64,000 bases of DNA from Owenia fusiformis. Taxonomy: Eukaryota. The stretch spans positions 19,902,001-19,966,000 of the forward strand of contig CAIIXF020000001.1 in the NCBI GenBank assembly GCA_903813345.2, written 5' to 3'. The stretch's first letter is position 1. The number at the start of each line of letters is the position of its first letter. A program made the position numbers and the translations under genes. Positions 1 to 12,999 of this stretch are shown one piece after another. The notes under the pieces are model-generated. The model made no database searches. It was not told the DNA's origin and saw only the letters and a list, made by a program, of their open reading frames with translations.

Positions 1-191
1 AATTTGAGAGACGACATTTTTTCCAACTATTGATCATTCTGTCCAAAGGTAAGTCATTTATGATTGGTCTTATATGTCTTGTAGGTGAATTGAACATTGT
101 TCTTTCTCTCGTACACCTAGTTTTATTTGGATGTGGTCTGAATCAATACGATAATGATATTTGGAACAGTGCTCACTAGGCTAAGTGATTT

Positions 192-577
192 TGAGTCACT
201 GCTTCATTGCGTCAGTACGGCAAAAATAAGAAATTGGGAGACCATTGTGCAATAATATATGGAAAAGTATATTCATAATGTACATGAATGACATTTGTAT
301 ATTTCAGATTTTTTAGTTTTTTGTGCAATAAGTCTGTGCCGTCTTGTAATTTGAAGAATTTCAGCCATGCTAATCTTATTGAAAATAACATGGCAGAGAA
401 GCATCCAAATATAAGAGGCCACACACTTTATAAGCCAAACTAGAAGCAATCCAAGATATACTAATGTCATTCATGTACAATAGGAATATATTTTTCCATA
501 TATTATTGCAAAATGATATTTTGATTTCTTATTTTTTAGCTTTTACTGACGCAGTTGAAACAGTGAAATGGACTCTA
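192..577. mobile_element. Non-autonomous TIR element (MITE), same family as 42877-43502
   Basis: Imperfect ~100-bp terminal inverted repeats; near-identical to 42877-43502 apart from an insertion in that copy; left end eroded. Confidence 0.75.
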
Positions 578-1109
578 GACCTTACCTTCTTCTAAGGCCA
601 CTGTATCTAGGCCTTCGTATCGTGGCCTTCCTGGAAAGATAATTTCCTGCATGAACAATTGGTCATGTCGTAATCATATGTCCGCCATTTTTCCACATCA
701 CAATTTGAATTGCCAGTTTTAGTCTTATAACCTCCCCAAAAATTCCAAAATACACATGAAGTGATCAGTGTATTAGTTCACATCTTCTGGATCGCTAACT
801 TAGAATTTACAGCCAGTTACTAATGTCAGACATTACCGACATTTCGTCGAGTTTTCGAATATCGCCATTTTTCTTGAAGTCATTTTGTTTTAATTTTAGA
901 CGAAATCCTGACGAAATCATGTCATATCTCATCAAGGAGTTGAGTCGGTTCCGATTTAATTGATGATTTATTTATCTGGCGATTTTTAAAATATTCAATA
1001 AATTTATAACACTCCGGCCAGCTTTTTTCAAATGGACTTCACAGTATTCCAGATGAAATCACCTCTAGCCAAAGCCAAGTATTGGCTAGAGACTCGAGTA
1101 AATTAGACC

Positions 1110-1199
1110 TAACCAAACCCGTCTGGCCCAGTTACCTAGTCCCGAAGTCGTAGATCTACGACGTCAGGAGTAGATAACTGATCCAGACAGGTTTGGTTA
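1110..1199. mobile_element. 90-bp palindromic mini-element with 9-bp flanking duplication (AcademH-like ends, tentative)
   Basis: TAACCAAACC...GTCGTAGATCTACGAC...GGTTTGGTTA hairpin flanked by AATTAGACC / CATTAGACC. Confidence 0.6.
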
Positions 1200-1394
1200 C
1201 ATTAGACCTACCATGTGCCTCATTTCTTATCTGACATGTCTTATGGCCCCGGCCAGGTCTAACGTCCATGATCATTTTGCCTTTGATGCGTAAATTTAAT
1301 CGTCCCGCATGTTTCGACAAGCGGAACTAATTAAACCCTGAAAACATGGTAATAGTATATAAAGAATGTGATTCAAGCATGCATATGTAACGAC

Positions 1395-1832
1395 TAGTGT
1401 TGTCGCGATTCGATGCATCGGCAATTTTCAGTAGTAAACATCGATGCACATCGCGATGTACATCAAGAAAAAGTCTGAGAAAAGTGCACTGAAATACCGA
1501 ACGCTAATGTACTAAAATACTGAACAGAACAAAGAGTACGCTGGTAAATCCGGGAACTTCTAGTAATGGTGAAATGAAAGTAAAGTAATTTTTTTAGATT
1601 AATGGTTCATTTCGACTAGCTAAAACAGTTTTAAAGCGAAGGAATATCAGAAAACATTGGAAAATGAAATAAGACATGAGAAAAGTAAGCGATTTGCGTC
1701 AAAATAAGATAAGAAAGGGTGATCTTTAGCAGATTAATTTTTTTTAAAACATCGATGTTTTGTTTCAGACATCGATGCATCTGAGCTTTGGCGATGTATA
1801 TCGCGATGTATCGATTAATCGCGACAACACTA
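1395..1832. mobile_element. hAT-like MITE
   Basis: TIR TAGTGTTGTCGCGATT / AATCGCGACAACACTA; 8-bp TSD GTAACGAC / GTAACAAC; subterminal CGATG repeats. Confidence 0.8.
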
Positions 1833-3223
1833 GTAACAACCCTCACTCTGCATGGTAAGTGCAAAAGGTAATGGTAGCGTTAAAGGGTTGACGAGTGAGT
1901 GGAGGAATCGTCACATTATTACCGGGTCCGTGTTGTGATTGTATACACTCTCAAGGGTTTTACACACATGACTGGTTGAATGGCAAAATGGCTAAATATG
2001 TTGCACTGCGACATAAGACATACACTTAACTGACAAAACAGATGATTTACATGTTGTTTAAATATAAATTATGGTTTTATTTACAATGTGATTATAAGTG
2101 AGTATAGTTATTATGACAATTACACACATAGTGTGGAAATATATATGAATAAAAGTTCTGATATTATGATACCTGAATGATATATGGTGGATCGTTATGC
2201 AATTAAGATCCCTGATATGTGGTTACGATAATATACATAGTATTTCCTATCAAGTACAATACATACTTCAGTAAGATTACATAATTACCAAGAAGCTGAT
2301 ACTGCAACTACACATTAGTGAGCTCATATTCATAAATCCCACATTAACTTCACATATAACCTATAACATACAATAATTTCACCTGGGAGTGTGTGTGACA
2401 CAACTGGTGACCAAATAAACATACATGGCAATATGTATTACCATGACTTTGCAACAACATATGACAATGAGAACAACAACTGGCACCTGGGAGTGTACGA
2501 CATGACGCAAAGAACTTAAGTACAACCACTGACAAAACTGGGTGAAACATACCAAATAATCAATATAACAATAACTTGTACAACATTTGATTCAACATAC
2601 CAATTAGTGATAACAATGTATACATGACTGCTCATTATGTAACATATATAGAACTTTATACCTCCAAATGTTCCCTACATCTCCATATTCCATTTGTGAA
2701 AGTCTGCAGGTTTTCAGCTGCTTCTGTGTGGATCAGGACTCGTCTTTATTCCCAAGTGTACATTTTCACAAAGTTATAGCGTCCTGAGATTTCCGAATGA
2801 ACTTTAAAAATGGCTGAACTTTTGGTAGCTCTCATGTGGGAATCATCAGAATTCTAGAAAGACTTATACATGTATATATATTATGTAACCTGTAAGCCTA
2901 TATAGAGTGCCTTTGCAGAGAATTGAATTATATTTTTGACCTGTACATTAAATGTTATGGCTATACATTGTACATTGTACTCTGCATGCATATACATTTA
3001 TGGTCCAGGATGCATTAAAGTTAAAACTGTGTCATTTACACTGGCAGGTTCACATTTATGCATTGTCATATTGTATATGTAGTGCTCCTAAATCAATGCC
3101 CAAACTTACAATAGAACATATATGATTATGAGTTGTTTTGTTTGGAACAGTGTGAATATCTCTATTTAAATTTGCTAATCCTATTCTAGGCTCACAGGCT
3201 GTTTACAACCTTGATCAGTGATA

Positions 3224-6200
3224 ATGAGTGCCTCAGCACCTCCCCCTCCCACATACAATGCAGCTGTGGGTATGCCAGGGCCTGGATATCCTGGACAACC
3301 GGGTGGCACAGGCTTCCCAGCACAACCAGGCGGTTACTCAGCACAACCAGGTAAAATTTTATTACCGTACGGATGAAATCTTAAGCATGTATCGCTTATT
3401 GTGAAATTACTTATATGGTAGAGGGAGATTGATAACTAGTCTTGCATCAAGTTTCTGCCCCCCTCCCTCTCATTGAAAATATAGTTGGGGGGGCAAACAG
3501 GGGCTTGGAGCAAGACTGACTACTATCATGGTATATGTATAGTATTACTAACAAGCCATAGAATACTAAGAGTTCCACTTTCTTATTGTTCTGTTATATG
3601 CAGTCTTCTAATTCAGCTTTGAGTTTAAATGGCTATAGTATCTCTATTTTGGTCTATGATTAGTATGTATGAAGTTAAATTTATTTTATCATGCTTGCAT
3701 TTTTTATTATCCCATCGAACGAAGTTTGGAGGGCTATAGGAAACGCCTCTGTCCGTACGTACGTCCGTACGTCCGTCAGTCCGTCCGGGCAATAACTCAA
3801 ATACTGTTGGCCCGATTTTGTTCATACAGTAGAACCTGTGTAAGTGGAACACCCTCCGTTCTGCCAAAAAGCGTTCCACTTAGGAGGTGTTCCACTTACG
3901 GAGGTTTTGGGTTCGCGGAGATTTAAAGAACACACAAGATCAAATATAGGGTTTATTATGTATCACCGGAAATCTGATTCTCTGTTCATTGCACTGTTGC
4001 AAGGCAGCTATATAGCCTGATACCACTAACTATCCATTTGTTTTACTCAAAAAGGTATCTGACATTCGTAATCCTCCTCATTCTGCCAAAAATGTTTTCT
4101 GACATTCTTAATCCTCCTCATTCTGCCAGTCTCAGGCACAACGATTTGGCAATTAAGTTTTAAAGACTTGTTCCTATTGCTAATAATTCACTTGTTTTTA
4201 ACTGACATTCTTAATCTTACTTATCAAGTTTGAAACAAACAGCAAGGGGTATTAATTAGAGGTAGCATCACATGTCCATCTCTACAGGAGGTTAATCCAA
4301 TTTGATGAATGATAATCTTATGAGATCCTAATTTGCAAATTATCAAATTAATTAGTGGTAGCATCACATGTTGATCTCTACAGGAGGTTAATCCAATTTG
4401 CCATATGGTGATCCTAATTTGCCAATTATCATGTTATTACCTGTTTTCATACCCAGATATCACTGTAGAAGGTTAATTCTTTTTACATAAGTATCAATAT
4501 TGAAATTTATGGAAAATTGACTGTTCCACTTAGCAGGTTAATTTTTCAATATGGGGTGTTCACTGTTCAAGTTTGGAGGTGTTCCACTTACAGAGGTTCA
4601 ATTAACATTAAGTCAATGGGTTTTAAAAGTGGGACTTTGAAAAAGCGTTCCACTTGCGAGGTGTTCCACTTATAGAGGTGTTCCACTTAGCAGGTTCTAC
4701 TGTATTTTGTACACATATACCCAATAGGGGTAGAAGTTCTGCTCGAAAACCGATTTTCAAAATGGCCGCTCATTTAAAAATGGCGGCCTTTTTAGTGCCG
4801 ATTTTACAGTAATTAAGGTACTGCATATAAAACTGTAATAGTAATATGTTTTAAATATAAAAAAGTTATATAGGACATTGATTAAGCTAGAAATGTAAAT
4901 ACAGAAGAAATACACGGCAGCCATCTTGAAAAATGGTCGCCTTTGCACATCATTTTACAAATTTTGCTGTAACTTGAAAAGTAGTGGAGCGATTTTGTTC
5001 ATATTTGGTATGTGAATACTTTAATCATGTCACAATGTCTAATGACATTTTTGGTAGAAAAAAATGTAAAATAACACACGTAAAAATGGCAGCCATTTTT
5101 CAAAATGGCCACCTACTACCCAAAATGTCATTAGACATTGGGTACATTTTTACGTGTTTTATTTAACATTTTTTACTGTAAGTCAAAAAGTAGTGGAGCG
5201 ATTTTGTTCATATTTGGTATGTGAATTGTTGAGCGATTTTGTTCATATTTTATATGTGAATACTATAAGCATGGCACACTGTCTAATGACACTTTGGGTA
5301 GAAGGCGGCCATTTTGAATAATGGCCACCATTTTTTACGTTTTTTATTTACTATAACTTGAAAAGTAGTTGAGCGATTTCAAATGGTGGCCTTTCTTATG
5401 GGTGTTATTTTATGATATTTGCTATATATTTTGTTTGTAAAAATGCCAGCCATTTCTGTTCGATGGGATTCACTACGCTTTGGCGTTGCTGTTGTTCTGG
5501 TTTGATTATATGTAATACTATCAGTACAGACATTTGTCAATTACTGTATCTGTTTCATCAAGTTTGTAGTACATATTCATTTCATACTTTTTGACCAAAT
5601 ATCTTTTAACATGCTTAATTCTGCTCCTCAAACATCATCTGCTGCAGACTCTGGGAGTTCCTTTGTAGAAAGAAGGCATTCATTCTTGATTTAGTTTTAC
5701 ATCAAATCTTTGGACCCCCTTACCCACTTCAGGTGAGGTAATGATGGGGCTTACAAGGGTTTGATGCAAGACTATTTTAGATTTTAAAATGCAATAACAA
5801 GAGAATGATTTCCTATTTCAAATCACATGTTTGTCTGCATGCTTGCAATATCCTGTCTTGCCATGTCATGTTTTGGAATGGAGAAAAGATGGAAAATAGA
5901 AGGGAAGAAGAAAACATTTTTTATTGTACGTCAAACAAAGAACATTGGATACGACCTCATTAATAGGAAAGAACTTAAAGTTTATCATATGACATTTATT
6001 CAGGGTGTTCTGTTTACATTGGCAACACCCGATGCAGCCCAAAGATAAACATGATTCAACATGTACATTGCTCTATGCTATATTTATTTCTATGCTTGCC
6101 ATTCTAACAATAACACATACTCTGTACTATTAATAATTTATTGGCAGCATTCTGAGGCAACATTCTGTGCTAATGTATTTGGAACCACCTAAATATATTC

Positions 6201-9200
6201 AGTTCTTTACATTCTAGTAGATCTAGATGGACTTTGTTGATTTAGGTGATTTTCAAAGATTTGTAACTGATTTCTTAGAAATTTTTTGTTCTCATCAATG
6301 TTTTGTGATTCATTTTTGATATGTGTATCTTATTTCTACTTTTTATTACAAATGGGAAATACCTTTTACTTAAGGTACTACTTAGGGTACTACTTAGGTT
6401 CTATATTAAATTTTGCCAAGAACGAAAAGAAGTTTTATTCAGTTATAAGTGATTATAATTATTTTAATACTTGGGAATAACAGAATTTTAACTCTTGCTT
6501 AAAATAATTGCTTGACTTTAGTTTAACTTGTACATTTCAATCTTTTACCTGAAATAATGGAGATACGATTTCAGAACTGATTTTATATTCCCTTGTTGGG
6601 AAGATGTAATGTTGAATCCCCCTCCCTAGACTCTTTACCAAAACATGATTAGAGTTGAGATTGGAGAGAGATGGTGTTTAAAGACCATAATAACCTGATA
6701 TTTGATATTTTGATGGCCAAAAACTTTCTCAATGATCATTCTCAAGAAATCCCTATATTTTGCAGAACAAACATTTTAAAATTTTAATCCATTACCTGAA
6801 AATGGAGCTATAATTCTCATAATATTAGTTACAGCCTTTTTGAAGAAGTGCTTTTCCAAGTCAATACTCCCATCTCAAATCAGTCAATTATTTCACAATT
6901 CTGAAATGTAACCTCTCCATTGTCAGGTATTTTAGTTGTAGTGTTGATTGGAATGTTCAATCTGCATGTAATTATGGGCTAGTTTGGTTATTTTCTATGG
7001 CCTGCAGTCAGAGATACAAGTCCTTATGAAGGCCCAGGGGAGGCAGCAATTCCTCTAATGCCAGGTAAGTAATAGGACACTACCTTCACAAAAGCTGTCA
7101 CTTCACTCATGTAATGTGACACATTAATCAAGAAGTGATGCATTCATATGTACAAAGTGTACAATTTATTCCTGAAACTTGCATATGCCTGTTTGCATTC
7201 TGATACTCAGTCCATCTTTGCCTTGCAAAGGGACACTCTGGATGCAAGGCTTTTATATCTCACAATGCTTGCGTGTTATGCTTGAAGAAACTATATTATC
7301 ATAATTTTCATAACATGCTAATTATATCTGATCTGAGAACAGATATACGATATTATCCCAATGAATCAATAGAATATCAGCAACGCTTAAAATACTTTTA
7401 CTTGATTAGTTTATTTTGATATTTTAAATGCTAGATACTTAGAAAGCCGAGATTTTTTAAAATCTATTTTTCTTCCTTCTTCTCTGACATGTTTTTTTAC
7501 AAGGTGAATTTTTTTATTTACTTTTTAGCAAAATCTTTATTCAGTCTCTGTGTTTAATGTTTTTATGTGTGTTACGAAGTAATATATGTTGGTGCGGCAC
7601 TAATGTTTGTTTGATGTGTCACTTCAGTGTTATATTAATACACGACACACCCATAACCTAAGGGAACATCTCAAACTGTTCAGACTACATGTAGACATAA
7701 ATGATCAATGGTAATTGATAATATTTTATATAGTACTGTACATGATTTTGACCTTTTGGAAGGGTTGGGATTATTTAAGTTACAGCATTTGAAAAAAGGG
7801 GATATATCAGCATTTTGAATATTTGGTGTATCTTTTAGTAAATTACTTTTGAAAGTACCCCTGTGATTTGTCATATACTTTACTCTCCAAAAATAACAAA
7901 CTTTAACATATGTTTACTTTGAAAGTATGGCTACATTTTCACATAAAATGTAAATATGAAAATAGTAAGAAATGTTAATGCAAAGTTCTTGAGATATATA
8001 TGTGTTCATAACATGCGCATACATGTTAATGTTTGTGTGTTGTTATTATTTCAGGTTATCCTCCACAGGGTGGTCAAGGTGCCCCTGGACAAGGGCCACC
8101 CCCTATGCCCATGCCATTCCGTCCTCCTCCCAATACAATGCCAGCACCAGGATATGGTGGGGCACAACCTCATATGCCATCAGGCTATCAGCCCCCTCCA
8201 CAGCCAGTTGGAGGACAACCAGTTGACCCAGAGGCAGGCCAACCCAAGCCTTGGTCTGATGAGGATGACTTCACAAGGGGTGATTGGTCAGATAAAGCCA
8301 TACGCAGAGCCTTTATTAGAAAGGTAAACGTCAACAATAATAACTGGCTTATCACTTGCATACCTCTTACCTTAACCCAAAAAATCTAGAAACATATAGC
8401 ACATCCCACGCATTTTCCCTTCAAAGTTGGTGTAAATATATTGTTCATGATATTGCTCATTTTCAAGTGGGTGCAATTGATTTTTGCAATGGGTACAAGC
8501 ATATTTCCTTAATCTCAAGTTGGTGCATTAATCATTTAATTGTATTTAATTTCATATTAGAAGGATCCATAGTAATGTCTTGTTATTTTGGATGTCCACT
8601 CTAAAACAGTGTTCATGCCGTTATGTGAAATGCTTTTAGGTGTATCTGATTCTAACTGCCCAGTTGCTCGTCACAGTTGGAGTTATCTGCTTTTTCCTAT
8701 TCCAGTAAGTTGTTAATTAAAACACACATGCCTGAGCTTAGGATCTTATAGATTAGTACCTCTTCATCCAAGCCTTTGAATCTGAAACCCCTCTCAATGC
8801 AAACACCATATGCTAGTCGTCTACTTGTGTTCATTTTTGACAAGTTCATAAAATAAACATTTTCCATACTGTAGACTAGTGTGTTTATACTAAAATCGTG
8901 CTCCAGATTTTGGAGGCTACAAATATATTGGTTCAACATCTAAACAGATCTGTTGTCTGTGTCTTTATTGTTTTTTCAATTTTTTCATTATTTTTCCAAA
9001 ATTCTTAAATCAAGTTTTTACATTTCATTTCAGTTTACCTACAAAGATTTGGGTACGGCAGAACTCTTGGTTCTACTATGTTTCTTAGTAAGTGATCTAT
9101 TTAGATTGTGTAGCTAGCAACCAGTATAATATTACCATAGCAGTTCAAACTCCCAAATACATATCCAGTCATACTGAGCCATACAAACAATCAATTACTA

Positions 9201-12200
9201 AAGTTCAAGCTCTGGTATAGAAAGAAAGAAAAATGCCTGAAAAATAAATGTTTATAATATATCATTGTCGTGTAGCCATTATAGTTTTGTGTATTTGAAT
9301 GTACATTCTCATGTATTGTTTCAGTGCCACTTTCTTTGTGACATATATAGTACTGGTTTGCTGTCCCAAAGTTCGCAGGAAGTACCCCGGTAACTTCATA
9401 TGCCTAGCTGTGTTTGTAAGTACAGTACTGTTCATTTTATGTTTCGCGATTCAAAATTAAAATAATTTTGCAAGCTTTTATTTTACAATATTTCGTTCAG
9501 TATTATTTATAGTGTTTGTAAATCAGATGGGTTATACGTTGCAATTAATGTTGATTATATCAGTGTGAGTTTCAGTTTCCTAGGTGTTATGGCTTTTTCC
9601 ATCCTTTTATATTACATTCATGTACATGTATATGGGTTTGACACATTGCAATTCTTAAATACCCATTTGCATGTGATAATACCGTACGTGTATAACTATT
9701 AAATTGCTCGTATTTCTTTTACAGACGTTAGCATTTTCCTACATGGTTGGCACCATTAGCAGCTACTACAACCATGAGTCTGTCATGATAGCAGTTGGTA
9801 TAACTGCTGCAGTCTGCCTGGCTATATCCATCTTTGCCATCCAGACGAAGGTAGAATACTTTTGTAACTTGTTATTATGTGTTATTTAGATCTTAAATTA
9901 CCACAATTATCCTTCATGATTTGTAACTTGCCACATCTAGACCCAAATAGTATAAACTATTTTCAGTAATTATCAAATTTTGAAAAAACTGCTCGTGTAA
10001 AAAGACTGAATAAGGAGAGTCGTCTTTAGTTTTTTTAGGATCAGAATTAGACATTGCCCATTTAAAATCCAAACAATATGAAGATATGAAAATGGTGCGT
10101 ATATATGGGTTTTAATTCATTTACTTTTTATCGCACTTTGAAAAAGTGCTATATTGTCGTCGTCTTGTGCTGTTGGGCGGGCGTGCGGGCGGCACATAAA
10201 CCAAATCTTGTCATCAAATTTCCAGGATAACTGCTTACCTGTTCAACTTGAAATTTTTACAGATGCAAGAGCAGACTAGTACCAAGATCTGATTAGGTTA
10301 AGGGCATGCTGGGTAAACTACGTGGCGGCCATTTTGAATTTTTCAACAAATCTTGTCATCAAAATTCCAGGAAAACCACTTATCCGTTCAACTTGAAATT
10401 TTTACAGATGCAAGAGCAGACTATAGCCAAGATCTGATTAGGTTTTGGGTATGCTGGCTGAATGACATGGTGGCCATTTTGAATTTTTCAATTTGGCGGC
10501 CATTTTGAATTTTTCAACTTGCTCCAAATTGACCCAATTTTTTTTAAAAAACATCTACAAGTTCTCAGAAGTTCAAATCTGACCTTAGATTTCAGATTTG
10601 ACCTTTCGTTCACCTTCAGGGACCTTCAAAAGGTCAAAAAAGTTGATTTTCTAAATTGATATTTTGGATTTAAATTTAGGTCAGCTTAATTACAAAACAT
10701 CTACTGAGGTCTGAAAAAGTGAAATTTTCAAGGTCGAAGGTCAAGGTCATTAAACTAGGTCACAGATTTGACCTTTCATTCACCTTCAGTGACCTTGAAA
10801 AGGTCAAAAAAGTTGATTTTCTAAATTGATATTTTGGATTTAAATTTAGGTCAGCTTAATTACAAAAGACCTACTGATGTCTGAAAAAGTGAAATTTTCA
10901 AGGTCGAAGGTCATGGTCATTAAACTAGGTCACAAATTATGTTATCCAAGTTTCTCAAAGTTTGAGACTACAAATCAATTCTTGTCATCAAAATTCCAAG
11001 AAAACCGCTAACCTGTTCAACTTGAAATTTTTACACATGCAATAGCAGACTAGTGCCAAGATCTGATTAGGTTAAGGGCATGCTGGGTAAACTACGTGGT
11101 GGCCATTTTGAATTTTTCAACAAATCTTGTCATCAAAATTCCAGGAAAACCACTTATCCGTTCAACTTGAAATTTTTACAGATGCAAGAACAGACTATTG
11201 CCTAGATCTGATCAGGTTTTGGGTATGCTGGCTGAATGACATGGTGGCCATTTTGAATTTTTCAATTTGGCGGCCATTTTGAATTTTTCAACTTGCTCCA
11301 AATTGACCCAATTTTTTTTTAAAAAACATCTACAAGTTCTCAGAAGTTCAAATCTGACCTTAGATTTCAGATTTGACCTTTCGTTCACCTTCAAAAGGTC
11401 AAAAAAGTTGATTTTCTAAATTGATATTTTGGATTTAAATTTAGGTCAGCTTAATTACAAAACACCTACTGAGGTCTGAAAAAGTGAAATTTTCAAGGTC
11501 GAAGGTCATCAAATTAGGTCACAAACAATGTTATCTAAATTTTCCCAAAGTTCAAGACTACAAATAAATTCTTGTCATCAAAATTGCAGGAAAACCGCTA
11601 ACCTTGTCAACTTGAAATGTTTACAGATGCAAGAGCAGACTAGTGCCAAGGTCTGATTAAGTTTTGGCCATGCTGGGTTAATTGCGTGGTAGACCAGTTT
11701 GCTCTTCAAAGTGCGATATTTATCACTGTGTGTCTTGTTGTTAATTCAGATTGACTTCACATTGTGCTCTGGGTTGCTGTTTGCCCTCGTCATGGTGTTG
11801 TTCTTCTTTGGCATCGCTTGTATGATTGTTATGTTCACCATAGGCTACAATCATGTAAGTATTTTTCAAGTGGAATGTAATATTATATTCACTTTTGTAT
11901 GCTAGTATTGTTAATTTTTCTCAAGTAAGAAAAATTATTTTCTCAAAAAATATTTATATTGCTCCCTTTTTTGAATGGGTTTTAATGAATTTTCAACTGG
12001 ACTCGAAGACAGTATAAAACTTCAACTCTGGGCACCTGTTTTAATCAATACTGGACAGATTAAGTTCAATGGAATGTAAAAAGTGTACATTTTACTTACA
12101 GGTTTTGCGTTATTCAAGTATTATACATATCGCTTAATAATTTTACCATTGATATGCATGAGCAAATGATGCGTTTTCTATTGTATTTGTGTTGTTTTCA

Positions 12201-12999
12201 GATCTTGAACTGTGTGTATGCTGGACTGGGGGCTCTGGTCTTTTCATTGGTATGTACAGAACATTAAAGGAATGAGGATTGAGATCCTATAATTGAAGGC
12301 TCGAGTTTTTAATGTATGGATTAAAAATGCCTCACTTTTAATGTGTCTCCTCAATTTCAAATGGTTTTACAAGGGTGTTTGACTGAGTGGTCCACAACTC
12401 ATACAGAAGGCTGTGGTGTGTACTTACATGTCTATGTATAAGTGCACATAAAAGAACACAGGGCTCCTTCAAGGAGGGGTTTCTGGGTCTATCTTCCATG
12501 TTAATTACGTAAATTACGACCGTATATATACGGGACATACCCAAGAGGTATTGCTCACCTTCATTGGTGGTAAACAAAATACAATACAATACAATAGGTT
12601 AATTTTAGTTCTATGAGATCTTCATTTAATCCAAATTTGGTGTCTTAAAAGCATGTTTCGAAAGTTGAAATATATTTCATGAAATTGCTTGTACACATTT
12701 TGGCAGAAAATGGCTACTACTTCAAAGAATCACTTTAAGGTCCAAATATACTCCATGAGCTAGAAAATGTAAAGGCAGCTCAGCTCAGATTGCATTTAAT
12801 AACCAAGAACGCATTTATTAAATTAGTACTATTGCTTTATATTTCTCTATTTCAGTTCCTGGTGTTTGATACACAACAAATTGTTGGAGGACGTAAACAT
12901 GAACTCAGCCAGGAGGAGTACATCTACGGGGCTTTACAACTTTACCTTGATGTTGTCTACATATTCATTTTCTTACTCTCCTTCTTCAAGAGCAGTTAA
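3224..12999 (+). CDS. Protein lifeguard-like (TMBIM/Bax inhibitor-1 family, GRINA/FAIM2/TMBIM1 group), ~361 aa, 10 coding exons
   Basis: Exons 3224-3350, 7008-7064 (probable cassette), 8055-8323, 8640-8704, 9034-9087, 9325-9415, 9725-9850, 11750-11854, 12202-12249, 12856-12999; all GT-AG with consistent phases. Pro/Gly/Tyr-rich N-terminus (MSASAPPPPTYNAAVG), then SDKAIRRAFIRKVYLILTAQL, RRKYPGN, FAIQTKIDFT, FLVFDTQQIVGGRKHELSQEEYIYGALQLYLDVVYIF, which are lifeguard family hallmarks. One-to-one orthology to a vertebrate paralogue is not resolvable, so no symbol. Confidence 0.95.
3704..5502 (+). mobile_element. Helentron-associated non-autonomous element (HINE/DINE-1-like), family A
   Basis: 5' subTIR ATCCCATCGAAC, (GTCC/GTAC)n microsatellite, internal AAAATGGC repeats, 3' subTIR GTTCGATGGGAT, short stem-loop, end CTGGTT in T-rich site. 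Confidence 0.8.
3827..4702. mobile_element. Tc1/pogo-like MITE nested in HINE A
   Basis: TA|CAGTAGAACCTG ... CAGGTTCTACTG|TA; repeated GTGTTCCACTT subterminal motifs; interrupts the host motif GATTTTGTTCATATTT. Confidence 0.85.
10125..11739 (+). mobile_element. HINE family B, copy 1 (intron of lifeguard gene)
   Basis: 5' TTTTTATCGCACTTTGAAAAAGTGCTATA palindrome, (GGGC)n, internal tandem ~780-bp duplication built from ~140-bp subunits, 3' subTIR CAAAGTGCGATA, end GTCTTGTT. Confidence 0.85.
12373..12595 (+). mobile_element. SINE 3' portion (Meta-domain-like core) with (ATACA)n tail
   Basis: Homologous to the reverse complement of 34547-34795; AAGGCTGTGGTGTGT...AAAAGAAC core resembles the MetaSINE domain from memory; simple-repeat tail. 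Confidence 0.6.

Noticed and set aside
1-54. Donor AAG|GTAAGT at 48/49 (and ATG|GTAAGT near 1855) as lifeguard 5' UTR exons
   Set aside because: Plausible, since the ATG exon has an upstream acceptor near 3189, but cannot be chosen or supported without transcripts.
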